Source: Acidobacteriota bacterium
GTDB lineage: Bacteria > Acidobacteriota > UBA6911
Length of the DNA: 64,000 bases
Direction of reading: 5' to 3'
NCBI GenBank assembly: GCA_963664705.1
Contig: OY761556.1
Location: 4,352,001-4,416,000, forward strand
Numbering within the stretch: the first letter of the stretch is position 1; each line of letters begins with the position of its first letter. The notes below the pieces were generated by a model. It worked only from the letters and a program-made list of their open reading frames with translations. It made no database searches and was not told the DNA's origin. Below are positions 29,393-38,477 of the stretch, one piece after another. Position numbers and translations under genes: made by a program.

Positions 29393-29818
29393 GTGAGAAA
29401 TTACGAAGTGGTTTTTGTTGCCGCTCCCACTTTAACCAGCGAGGAGCTGGACGGCTTTATCAATCACATTCAGACCGTGGTTGAGGGCAAAAACGGCAAA
29501 GTGGTCAAGGTCGACAACTGGGGGAAAAAATCCCTGGCGTATAAGATTCAGAAATTCCGCGAAGCCTATTATGTCGTTCTCTCGATTGATGGAGACGGTG
29601 GCGTGATCGCGGAAGTTGAACGGCGCTTCAGGGTTACGGATTACATCATCCGCTTTATTTCGGTCCGAATTGATGAAGATGTCAAGCGGTCCGATAAAAT
29701 CAAAGCGGCCAGGCAAAAGAAGGGATCCGGCAAGTCCGCGACTGCGACTGCCATCCCGGAAACTTCCGAGCCTATGATGGGCTTTGAACCCGACCAGGCT
29801 CCCCCATCAGGTCTGTAA
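29393..29818 (+). CDS. rpsF: 30S ribosomal protein S6
   Basis: GTG after AAGGAG; RNYEVVF...WGKKSLAYKI. Confidence 0.95.
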   Translation: MRNYEVVFVAAPTLTSEELDGFINHIQTVVEGKNGKVVKVDNWGKKSLAYKIQKFREAYYVVLSIDGDGGVIAEVERRFRVTDYIIRFISVRIDEDVKRSDKIKAARQKKGSGKSATATAIPETSEPMMGFEPDQAPPSGL

Positions 29819-29881
29819 AGAGTGTATATCAGGAATCAGGGTCTGATCCCCTGATTCTAATAGGTAGAAAGGCGAAGAACT

Positions 29882-30115
29882 ATGCCAGGTCCAAGAAGGT
29901 TTAGTGTTCGGCGCAAAAGAGTATGCAAGTTTTGCGCTGAAAAAATTACCTACATCGATTTTAAAGATGGAAAGCTCCTTGGTCACTTCATTCCCGAAAG
30001 AGGAAAGATACTGCCCAGGAGAATCAGTGGAGTCTGCTCGACGCATCAGCGCTTGCTTGCGGAAGCCATCAAACGTGCCAGACATCTGGCCATCCTTCCA
30101 TTTGTCGCTGATTGA
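29882..30115 (+). CDS. rpsR: 30S ribosomal protein S18 (Zn-binding form)
   Basis: [21 protein letters not shown] and AIKRAR. Confidence 0.97.
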   Translation: MPGPRRFSVRRKRVCKFCAEKITYIDFKDGKLLGHFIPERGKILPRRISGVCSTHQRLLAEAIKRARHLAILPFVAD

Positions 30116-30136
30116 CATTTTTCCAAAGGGTGATAC

Positions 30137-30595
30137 ATGAAGGTCATTTTAAAGCAAGATGTTGAAAAACTGGGCAAGACTGGCGATGTTGTAAAAGTAG
30201 CCCCCGGTTATGGACGCAACTACCTGATCCCCAAAAAATATGCATTGGAAGCCACTCCGGGCAATATCAAGATTGCCGAGGTGGAAAAGGTAGCCCAAGC
30301 GCGTCGGGATCACCGCGAAAAAGAGGCTGCAACCATTCTTGCACGGGAAATAGTTAAACTTACGGTGACGGTACGTCGGAAGTCCGGTGAAGGCGGATCC
30401 CTTTATGGCTCCGTTACCTCACTGGATGTTGCGGATTTCCTCATTACCCACAAGATTGATATCGACAAACGCAAGATCCAGCTGGAAGAGCCCATTAAGG
30501 CCATCGGAGAGTACGAAATACCCATTCGCCTGCATCGCGAAGTCACTGTTCCGATCAAGGTCATCGTGGAAGCCGAACCGGAAGAGACTGCGTAG
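30137..30595 (+). CDS. rplI: 50S ribosomal protein L9
   Basis: MKVILKQDVEKLG, GYGRNYLIP and LYGSVT. Confidence 0.97.
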   Translation: MKVILKQDVEKLGKTGDVVKVAPGYGRNYLIPKKYALEATPGNIKIAEVEKVAQARRDHREKEAATILAREIVKLTVTVRRKSGEGGSLYGSVTSLDVADFLITHKIDIDKRKIQLEEPIKAIGEYEIPIRLHREVTVPIKVIVEAEPEETA

Positions 30596-30782
30596 GAATT
30601 ACGAATTACGAATGACGAATTACGAATTGAAGCACACGCTTGCGTAATTCGTCGTTCGTAAAAGTAATATGCCTCCCGCCCTGAACACAGCGCGAAAAAG
30701 AGCGACGAAACGAATTGACAAATCTGCCGCTCGGCCCCATCTTGTTGCTGTTAATCCGTAATCCGTCACTCGAAATTCGTCA
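30596..30782. repeat. AATTACG-type heptamer arrays with partial inverted copies in the rplI-dnaB spacer
   Basis: AATTACG AATTACG AATGACG AATTACG AATTG...CGTAATTCGTCGTTCGTA; later ATCCGTAATCCGTCACTCGAAATTCGTCA. Confidence 0.8.
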
Positions 30783-30793
30783 TTTGCACACCC

Positions 30794-32137
30794 ATGCCTG
30801 ACATCAGCCTGGAAAGAATATTACCGAATAATCTCGAAGCTGAACGCTCCATCCTCGGCGCGATACTTCTCGACGATAAGGCTGTCCTTACAGTCTTTGA
30901 AATATTGAAGCCGGAGGACTTTTACCTCGACAGCCACCGGCGTGTTTTCGAGAAGATGCAGCTGCTGACCAATGGCTCCAGGCCAATCGACCTCATCACG
31001 CTCAAAGATGAACTCCAGCGCGCCAACGAACTCGAAAGCGTCGGCGGTGCCGCCTACCTGGCCAGCCTCACCGATGGTTTGCCACGCGCCATGAACGTCG
31101 AGTTCTACGCGCAGATTATCAAGGAAAAATCGACGCTCCGCCGCCTGATCCAGATCTCCAATGAAACAATGGCCCGCAGTTACCAGGACGAGGAGCCGGC
31201 GGAGGAGATTCTTCAGCATGTAGAAAAGACGATCTTTGAGATTTCCAACCAGCAGTTCCGGTCCGGATTTTCTTCTATTACTCCGGTAGTCAGCGAAGTA
31301 TTCAAGCAGATCGAGGAACTGTCCAATAAAAAGACCCCTGTTACCGGGCTTGAGACCGGTTTTGTGGACCTGGACAGGATGACCGCCGGAATGCACCCAG
31401 CCGACCTGATCATCGTCGCTGCCCGGCCGGGCCTTGGAAAGACAAGCCTCTGCCTTAATATCGCCGAGCATGTCGCCATCCGAAAACACAAATCGGTCGC
31501 AATCTTCAGCCTGGAAATGAGCAAAGAAAGCCTGGTAAAACGTCTTCTCTGCAGCGAAGCCAGGATCGATGCCCACCGCGTGAATACCGGCTACCTCAAC
31601 AAAGATGACTGGCACCGCCTGAGTCGGGCTTCCGGAGATCTCTCCGACACCAAAATCTTCATCGACGACACGGCAAATGTCAAAGTACCCGAACTGCGCT
31701 CGAAATCCCGCCGCCTGTCCATGGAACACGGCCTCGACCTCATCATCGTGGATTACCTGCAGCTCATGTCCGGTTCCACCCAGCGTTATGAGAACCGCAC
31801 GCAGGAAATTGCCCAGATTTCCAGAGGCCTGAAGGGAGTTGCCAAGGAACTCGGAGTCCCTGTGATCGCGGTTTCGCAGCTTAGCCGCGCAGTGGAATCC
31901 AGGACCGGCGAGCATCGCAGACCACAGCTCTCGGATCTGAGAGAGTCCGGATCCATCGAGCAGGACGCCGATCTGGTACTGTTCATCTTCCGTGAGGAGA
32001 TGCTCAACCCCACTGAGGAAAATAACGGGATGGCAGAGCTGATTATAGGCAAACAGCGAAACGGACCGATCGGTACCATTCAGCTCGCATTCAGTAAACA
32101 GTTTACCAAGTTTGACAACCTGTACCAGGAACAGTAG
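30794..32137 (+). CDS. dnaB: Replicative DNA helicase
   Basis: AARPGLGKT, FSLEM, VDYLQL, SQLSR, DLRESGSIEQDAD and KQRNGP; no intein. Confidence 0.97.
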   Translation: MPDISLERILPNNLEAERSILGAILLDDKAVLTVFEILKPEDFYLDSHRRVFEKMQLLTNGSRPIDLITLKDELQRANELESVGGAAYLASLTDGLPRAMNVEFYAQIIKEKSTLRRLIQISNETMARSYQDEEPAEEILQHVEKTIFEISNQQFRSGFSSITPVVSEVFKQIEELSNKKTPVTGLETGFVDLDRMTAGMHPADLIIVAARPGLGKTSLCLNIAEHVAIRKHKSVAIFSLEMSKESLVKRLLCSEARIDAHRVNTGYLNKDDWHRLSRASGDLSDTKIFIDDTANVKVPELRSKSRRLSMEHGLDLIIVDYLQLMSGSTQRYENRTQEIAQISRGLKGVAKELGVPVIAVSQLSRAVESRTGEHRRPQLSDLRESGSIEQDADLVLFIFREEMLNPTEENNGMAELIIGKQRNGPIGTIQLAFSKQFTKFDNLYQEQ

Positions 32138-32177
32138 TCAGTCGCCAGTCACCAGCCTTCAGTGCTAAAATCTCGCC

Positions 32178-32927
32178 ATGAAGATAGCCACTTGGAATGT
32201 GAATGGAATCCGCGCCCGGCAGAGCCAGGTACTGGAATGGATCGGTGCCGATCAACCGGACATTATTTGCCTGCAGGAAATAAAGGCTACCCCCGAGCAG
32301 GTTCCGGAACCCCTGAGCCAAATCGAAAACTATTGGTGCCATTGGCACGGCGAGCGTGCCTATTCGGGCATTGGATTTTACGTGCGCAAAGAAATCTGCC
32401 CGAGTCCACCCACGTTTGAACACCCGGATTTTGATTTCGAAACCCGAATCACCACCCTCCGTCTCGGCAACCTTATAGTAGCCTCGGTATATGTCCCAAA
32501 CGGCGGGAAAGACTTCGCAGCCAAAATGCGATTCCTCGAAGCCATGGAACGCTATACGATGGATTGCCTCACCAGGGGGCTGGATCTGATACTCTGCGGC
32601 GATATGAATGTGACGCGCACCGACCAGGATGTGCATCCGAAAGAGCGCAAGCTCAATGTCATAGGTCAGAGGCCGGATGAACGCGAACTGTTTGAGCGGG
32701 TGATTACCAGTGGAGCCATGGTAGACGTCGGCCGCGCAATGGATCCCAATAACGATCAGCTCTTTACCTGGTGGCCCCCCTGGCGCGGAATGCGCCAGAA
32801 GAACATCGGCTGGCGACTGGATTACATTCTCGCCAGCCAACCCGTGGCAGCCCGAATGTCCCAGTGCGTCGTGCTGACACAAACCGGAACGAGCGATCAT
32901 GCGCCGGTTATGGCTGTAGTGGATTGA
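32178..32927 (+). CDS. xth: Exodeoxyribonuclease III / AP endonuclease
   Basis: ATWNVNGIRAR, LQEIK, YVPNG, GDMN, GWRLDY and SDHAPV. Confidence 0.93.
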   Translation: MKIATWNVNGIRARQSQVLEWIGADQPDIICLQEIKATPEQVPEPLSQIENYWCHWHGERAYSGIGFYVRKEICPSPPTFEHPDFDFETRITTLRLGNLIVASVYVPNGGKDFAAKMRFLEAMERYTMDCLTRGLDLILCGDMNVTRTDQDVHPKERKLNVIGQRPDERELFERVITSGAMVDVGRAMDPNNDQLFTWWPPWRGMRQKNIGWRLDYILASQPVAARMSQCVVLTQTGTSDHAPVMAVVD

Positions 32928-32928
32928 G

Positions 32929-32963
32929 GATTTCGGATTCCAGATTCCGGATTTCAGATTTCA
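32929..32963. repeat. Heptamer tandem repeat (GATTTCA-type, 5 units)
   Basis: GATTTCG GATTCCA GATTCCG GATTTCA GATTTCA. Confidence 0.85.
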
Positions 32964-32972
32964 GAGTAATTC

Positions 32973-33590
32973 ATGCCCACTTTTTTTATTGATGCCGGAT
33001 CCGTGCAATTAGAATCGATCCTTCGGGAGCCTGCATCAGAACCGCGGGGAGCGGTTGTGGTATGCCATCCCCATCCGGTCCATGGCGGAACCATGGATAA
33101 TCGCGTGGTATACCGGGCCGCCAAAGCGGCCGCCCGGCAGGGCTATGCCGCGCTGCGATTCAATTTCAGGGGAGCCGGAAAAAGCACCGGTCAGTTTGAC
33201 CAGGGGATGGGCGAAAGAGAAGACGCGACTGCCGCGCTGCGTTGGATTGAGGAACGCTACCCGGGACTCAATCTGATTATGGTAGGCTATTCATTTGGCG
33301 CCTGGGTTGGCCTGGACGTCGGAAATACGGCGCCAAGCGTGAAGGCGCTGATAGGCGTTGGCATTCCCCTGAACATGTACGATATGGGATACCTGGCAGC
33401 CAGCGAGAAACCAGCGCTCTATATAGTCGGATCCAACGATGAATTTTGTTCCAGGGAAAATCTGGATCGGTTCGAAAGCCGGTTGCCCGTCGTGTCCTCT
33501 GTGCATAGGATTGAGGGGAGTGATCACTTCTTCAATGGGTATATTGACGTTGTGGAAAAACTGATTTCCGACTTCTTTCGGTGGCTGTGA
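32973..33590 (+). CDS. Alpha/beta fold hydrolase
   Basis: HPHPVHGGTMDN, RFNFRG, GYSFG nucleophile elbow and DHFF. Confidence 0.88.
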   Translation: MPTFFIDAGSVQLESILREPASEPRGAVVVCHPHPVHGGTMDNRVVYRAAKAAARQGYAALRFNFRGAGKSTGQFDQGMGEREDATAALRWIEERYPGLNLIMVGYSFGAWVGLDVGNTAPSVKALIGVGIPLNMYDMGYLAASEKPALYIVGSNDEFCSRENLDRFESRLPVVSSVHRIEGSDHFFNGYIDVVEKLISDFFRWL

Positions 33591-34606
33591 AGATGAAACT
33601 TCAATTGAACCGAGTCTTGGCAGTAGTCATCATTGGCCTGGCTGTATGTGGCTGTCAAAAATCCTTTGCCGCCACGGTACGCTTTGAGAAGGTGACGGAT
33701 CACTGTTATTTCATGCCGCTGAAAAGCGGAGAAAATGTCGCGGCTATCGCAACCGATGACGGAATCGTGATCGTGGATCCACCCTCGGAGCCCGATTTGT
33801 CGCAGGTTTTAGACTCCCTGAAAACCTTGAGTCCAAAACCTGTACGCTGGGTAGTCCTCACAAATCCCCGTTCGGTGCGGTCATCCGGAGCTTCTTACTT
33901 CGCCGAGCATGGAGCCCTGTTGATTGGAGGGGCGCAACTCCGCACCGTTTCGGCCACCATGGCAGGACAGGGCGATAAGGATCCGTCGGCTGCCTATCCA
34001 TGGATTGTTTTCGATCGCCAGATGCACCTCTTCCCTGCCAATCTCGAGATTAGAATCATGTCCGTTGAAGCGAAGGGAACTACGGGGGGAGATGTCATCC
34101 TTCACGTTCCCGCTGAACGTGTGATTTTTATCGGGAAATTCTACGAAGCGGCGCGATATCCGGAGATCGATGCCGAAGCTCAAGGAAATGCCTCAACCTG
34201 GACTGATGCGCTAAAGCAGATTATCGATTCCATCCCTGCCCTGAAACCGGCAATCCCACCCAAGCCGCCCATTTCGGCCAAGGTCATCATTCCACCAAAG
34301 CCGGCGCTCCAGCCGAATGCAGCTGCCCCTCCGGCGAAGATAGATTCAAGGGTGTCCGAGCCGACGGTTGAAGAGGGGATTGCGGTTATTGCGCGATTTG
34401 GAGAAGTTTCAAATCTCCAAAACATGAAAGATATGTTGTCCGCCTGTCAGAAACTTCGTACGGATATTTCCAAAGTCGCCAAATCGGGGCGGTCCTGCGA
34501 AAACTTTCTTGATTCGTCGAGGGCGGATCTGTACCGCGTCTATGGCAACTTCAATTCCTATGCCGCGCGGCTGTGCGAAGGAACCACGGCATTAGCCGAA
34601 AAATAA
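33581..34606 (+). CDS. Exported metallo-beta-lactamase-fold protein lacking metal ligands
   Basis: Signal peptide; GENVAAIATDDGIVIVD and PVRWVVLTN fit the MBL fold, but HxHxDH is absent. Confidence 0.6.
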   Translation: MAVKMKLQLNRVLAVVIIGLAVCGCQKSFAATVRFEKVTDHCYFMPLKSGENVAAIATDDGIVIVDPPSEPDLSQVLDSLKTLSPKPVRWVVLTNPRSVRSSGASYFAEHGALLIGGAQLRTVSATMAGQGDKDPSAAYPWIVFDRQMHLFPANLEIRIMSVEAKGTTGGDVILHVPAERVIFIGKFYEAARYPEIDAEAQGNASTWTDALKQIIDSIPALKPAIPPKPPISAKVIIPPKPALQPNAAAPPAKIDSRVSEPTVEEGIAVIARFGEVSNLQNMKDMLSACQKLRTDISKVAKSGRSCENFLDSSRADLYRVYGNFNSYAARLCEGTTALAEK

Positions 34607-34649
34607 ACCTGGAATCTGAGAACCTACAGCCCGAAAACGAGATTGCAAG

Positions 34650-35390
34650 CTACGCCTTGCGCTCCTTCAGGCTTAATGGAACTTCCAAACCGTGCGCATG
34701 CATAAGCGGCTCGTTTGCCAACATTGGACGGGTCGGCCCATCAGCCCATATCCTGCCCTGATCCATCAAGACCGTTCTGGAACACACCTCAAGTACAAGC
34801 TCCAGATCATGAGTTGCAATAATCTGCGTGGCTTCGAGACCGGAAATAACCTCGATCAGATGACGACGGTTTCGAGGATCCAGGTTGCTTGTCGGTTCAT
34901 CCATCCCGAGAATGGCCGGCTCCATGGCCAAAACGGTAGCAAGCGAGACGCGCCGACGTTCGCCAAGGCTCAAATGATGGGATGATCGGGACCGAAAGGA
35001 CTGATCGAGCCCGGCATCGCGCAATGCTTTCTCAACACGCTGAGGAATTTGAGCCTCCGGCACCGAAAGGTTCAGTGGACCGAAAGCAATATCCTCGAGA
35101 ACCGTGGGACAGAAAAGCTGATCGTTCGGATCCTGAAATAAAAGACCCACCTGCTTCCGGACCTGCTGCAGGTTAGATTGTTCCAGACCGGTGCCCATGA
35201 TTTTGACGCCGCCGGTACCCGTGAGAACGCCGTTCAGATGCAAAAGCAGTGTCGATTTGCCGGCTCCGCTCGGACCAACGATCGCTATTCTCTCTCCACA
35301 GGCGACATCCAGATCAATTCCGTCCAGTGCTTTGGTACCGTCCGGGTAGATATAGGTCAGCCTCGTCAATCGAACCGCATATTCGGTCAT
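34650..35390 (-). CDS. cbiO: ECF transporter ATPase (NikO/CbiO)
   Basis: GPSGAGKST, FQDPNDQLF, LSLGERRRV and DEPT. Confidence 0.88.
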   Translation of the reverse strand: MTEYAVRLTRLTYIYPDGTKALDGIDLDVACGERIAIVGPSGAGKSTLLLHLNGVLTGTGGVKIMGTGLEQSNLQQVRKQVGLLFQDPNDQLFCPTVLEDIAFGPLNLSVPEAQIPQRVEKALRDAGLDQSFRSRSSHHLSLGERRRVSLATVLAMEPAILGMDEPTSNLDPRNRRHLIEVISGLEATQIIATHDLELVLEVCSRTVLMDQGRIWADGPTRPMLANEPLMHAHGLEVPLSLKERKA

Positions 35391-35420
35391 ATTATTCTTC
35401 CATCCGCAGCAACCTGCGCT

Positions 35421-36131
35421 TCATCCATGAAAAATAACGGTAAGACTGATAAACAGGGCCACGCCGGAAACAAATGCAAGGTCATGCCAGGAAAATTTCC
35501 TTGGAGACACTACGGGGAAATCGCCGTTGTATCCGCGTGACAGCATCGCGCCATGCATTCGTTCCGCTCTTTCGAATGAGCGTATCAACAGGGTTCCAAG
35601 CATCGAACTGAGAATTTTCAGCTCCTGGAAAAATGGCGCACGCATGACGCGTCGGCAATCCCGTGCCTGCTTCATTCGCATCGCCTCTTCCGTGAGCACA
35701 AATAGATACCTGTAAAGAAAGCTCAGATTCATTACAAGAATTTGGGGGCATCCCAGTTTTCTCAAAGCACGCAACAGTTCAATAAACCGAGTGGTATTGG
35801 TTAAAAGAATCAGGAGAAGCAGACAGAGAATCGCCCTGACGAAAAGGATCCAGACTCCCATATACCCTTTCCATGGCGCGGCCAGGCTGGCAAGTACGAT
35901 AAAGGGCAGAATCAGCAGGACACGCCCAAGAATGTAATTGAGCGGTACCTGGGAGATTCCCATAAGGATTGCAGTGGCAAAGAAATAGCCGATGAAAAGC
36001 GACCCCTTACCGGCGGGGATGCACAACACCGCAATAATCAGGGACGTAAAAGCCAAAAGCTTGGTGCGCGCCTCCAGAACGTGCAGCGGAGATTCGAGAG
36101 AGGCATAGCGGTCGATAAAATTATGCCTCAT
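35421..36131 (-). CDS. cbiQ: ECF transporter T component (NikQ/CbiQ)
   Basis: YRYLFVL, ARDCR and RSFERAERMHGAMLSRGY. Confidence 0.88.
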   Translation of the reverse strand: MRHNFIDRYASLESPLHVLEARTKLLAFTSLIIAVLCIPAGKGSLFIGYFFATAILMGISQVPLNYILGRVLLILPFIVLASLAAPWKGYMGVWILFVRAILCLLLLILLTNTTRFIELLRALRKLGCPQILVMNLSFLYRYLFVLTEEAMRMKQARDCRRVMRAPFFQELKILSSMLGTLLIRSFERAERMHGAMLSRGYNGDFPVVSPRKFSWHDLAFVSGVALFISLTVIFHG

Positions 36132-37033
36132 GACCGATGGCTCCTGCGATGACTCAGAAAACTGACCAGTACTCCGGCGGAAATCAACACCACGAATATT
36201 CCAGTCCGCAGCAGATAATCCGTATACCGGCCGGAGGAAAACAGATTGGCCGGCTCCGGGTTTTCCGCTGCCGCCGGAGCCAGAACCAACAATTTTTCCA
36301 ATGGATCCGGCAGTGCAGAACTCCCCGCAAGCACAAGAATCAATGCAGGGATGGCTACAAAGACCACGGCTCCCACCCAGTCGATAAGCCCAAAACGGCC
36401 GGCCCCATCGATTTTCATCAGATCAGGTCGCACTTTGATCAGAAAACTCAGAACCCCGGCCGTCAGCATTCCTTCGATAATCCCGACCACCAGGTGATAG
36501 CCGGTCATGGTGGTCAGGCCGATTCGCAGCGGAATGGCTCCGGACAAACCCAATTGAAGTGCACAGCACGCCGCCGAGATAATCGTGGACAGCCAGCCGG
36601 ACAGGAACCCGGACAGAAGAAGTCGTTTTCCTTGTGCAGCGCCTCCGCTCAAAAGCCTGAAAATGGCATATCCGCTGAAAGAAGTGACAGCCCCGATGTT
36701 GAAAACATTGGCACCCAGCGCCACCAGTCCTCCATCCTGCAGGAAGAGGGCCTGGGCAATGATCACGGTCGCCATGGTCAGGAAACCCGTCATTGGGCCG
36801 AGGAGTATGGCAAGAAGGGCTCCTCCAATCAGGTGCCCCGAGGTTCCACCCAGCACGGGAAAGTTCAACATCTGCGCAGCAAACACAAATGCAGCGAGTA
36901 CACCCATGACGGGGACCATACGGCCGGACAGGTCTACTTTTGCGCGGCGCGCCGCGCAAAGTATTCCCGCAGCGGATATGACATCCATCGATACCGCTAT
37001 CCGGTTGGTCAGAAAGCCATCTGGTATATGCAC
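36128..37033 (-). CDS. ECF S component NikM/CbiM fused to a PDGLE-like (NikN) segment
   Basis: MHIPDGFL N-terminus, GTSGHL and LGAN; C-terminal extension with LPDPLE between two TM segments. Confidence 0.85.
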   Translation of the reverse strand: MHIPDGFLTNRIAVSMDVISAAGILCAARRAKVDLSGRMVPVMGVLAAFVFAAQMLNFPVLGGTSGHLIGGALLAILLGPMTGFLTMATVIIAQALFLQDGGLVALGANVFNIGAVTSFSGYAIFRLLSGGAAQGKRLLLSGFLSGWLSTIISAACCALQLGLSGAIPLRIGLTTMTGYHLVVGIIEGMLTAGVLSFLIKVRPDLMKIDGAGRFGLIDWVGAVVFVAIPALILVLAGSSALPDPLEKLLVLAPAAAENPEPANLFSSGRYTDYLLRTGIFVVLISAGVLVSFLSHRRSHRS

Positions 37034-37160
37034 CGGGAAATTTTAGACTAATCAGGCTTAAAAACATAGAGTTAGCGCCTCCCATGGCCATTATTTGAGC
37101 ATAACGATCCTGCTCTCTGGTGTACTATGGATGGTTGAAATCCTGTGACGCGAGGCGTTT

Positions 37161-38399
37161 ATGATTTTCTTCACCGAACTCGAAAACCTTCCGACCCACG
37201 ATGCTAAAGGGGAGTATCTGGGACACCTCGTGGATCTGGCTATCAACCCCAGCCAAAACTCGTTCCAGGTTGCCTATTTCCATGTGATGACGCCCCAAAA
37301 GAAGCTCATGTGTATTTCGCGCGACCAGATTTCCACCATTTCGGTTCGAGCGGCACAAACCAGTGTCCCGGCTATAGAAATAGAAAGTTCGGCTCCAGAC
37401 GAGGGACTGATCTGCATCAAAAAGGACGTTCTCGATCAACAGATCATCGATGTAAACGATCAGAAGGTCGTCCGGGTCATTGATGTGGATTTCGACATCC
37501 AGCCAAGCGATAAACACACGGAACTGCGCATCCTGGCTGTCAATGTCGGAGCTGCCGCGGCGGTGCGTCGCCTGTTGCAGGGATTCATGGCCAAGCATCG
37601 CATCCGCACCATCACATCTGTTCTGCCGACCAAGACGATTCCATGGGAATTTGTAAATCTGATCGAGCCCGACCCCGCAAGGCGCGTAAAACTCCGAATC
37701 TCTTACGACCGGCTGGAAAAGCTGCATCCAGCGGATTTGGCCGATATTCTCGAAGAACTGAGCCGCGATGAGCAGCGATCCGTAATCGAATCGCTGGATG
37801 ACGAGATCGCGGCGGAAGCCGTTTCGGAAATTCCTACGCGCATGCAGGTCGCTTTGTTGAACAGTCTGTCGGCAGGAAAAGCTGCCGACATCGTCGAGGA
37901 AATGGCGCCGGATGAAGCGGCCGACGTATTGCAGGAACTCCCGCCGGAAACCTCAGCCGAGGTTCTGGCGAACATGGAAGCGGAGGAAGCCAACGAGGTC
38001 CGCGAACTGCTCGGATTCGAGGAGAATACGGCGGGTGGCTTCATGACCACGGAGTTCATCGTCCTGCTCGAAAATGCAACGGTGGAAGCCGCCGTTGAAG
38101 CCCTGCGCAATTTCAGCGGTCCGCTAGAAAGCATTCACTCCGTTTACCTGGTCTCGACCGGTCTGGTCCTTACAAGTGTGGTTCCACTGGCCCGACTGCT
38201 CGTTGCGGACCGGGATGCTCCGCTCAATTCGCTGATTACCGAGTCTGTGATCTCGGTACCATTTCATGCCGATGAGAAGACCGTCATTAACATGTTTCAC
38301 AAATACAATTTGCTGGGTCTGCCGGTGGTGGATGATAATGGCCGCCTTCTCGGGGTCGTAACCGCTGACGACGTCTTGGAGCTGGTCATCAACGAATAA
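37161..38399 (+). CDS. Soluble MgtE intracellular-domain / CBS protein (no TM domain)
   Basis: LHPADLADILEEL, TAGGFMTTE and LPVVDDNGRLLGVVTADDV; ends without a membrane domain. Confidence 0.85.
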   Translation: MIFFTELENLPTHDAKGEYLGHLVDLAINPSQNSFQVAYFHVMTPQKKLMCISRDQISTISVRAAQTSVPAIEIESSAPDEGLICIKKDVLDQQIIDVNDQKVVRVIDVDFDIQPSDKHTELRILAVNVGAAAAVRRLLQGFMAKHRIRTITSVLPTKTIPWEFVNLIEPDPARRVKLRISYDRLEKLHPADLADILEELSRDEQRSVIESLDDEIAAEAVSEIPTRMQVALLNSLSAGKAADIVEEMAPDEAADVLQELPPETSAEVLANMEAEEANEVRELLGFEENTAGGFMTTEFIVLLENATVEAAVEALRNFSGPLESIHSVYLVSTGLVLTSVVPLARLLVADRDAPLNSLITESVISVPFHADEKTVINMFHKYNLLGLPVVDDNGRLLGVVTADDVLELVINE

Positions 38400-38477
38400 A
38401 TTGCCAGCACGATTTGCCAAACAGGGTGCAATTTTTCCGCTATATTGAGTTGTGTCATTCGTAATACGTAATTTGAT

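Noticed and set aside
30821-31915. 364-aa minus-strand ORF
   Set aside because: Antisense shadow of dnaB.
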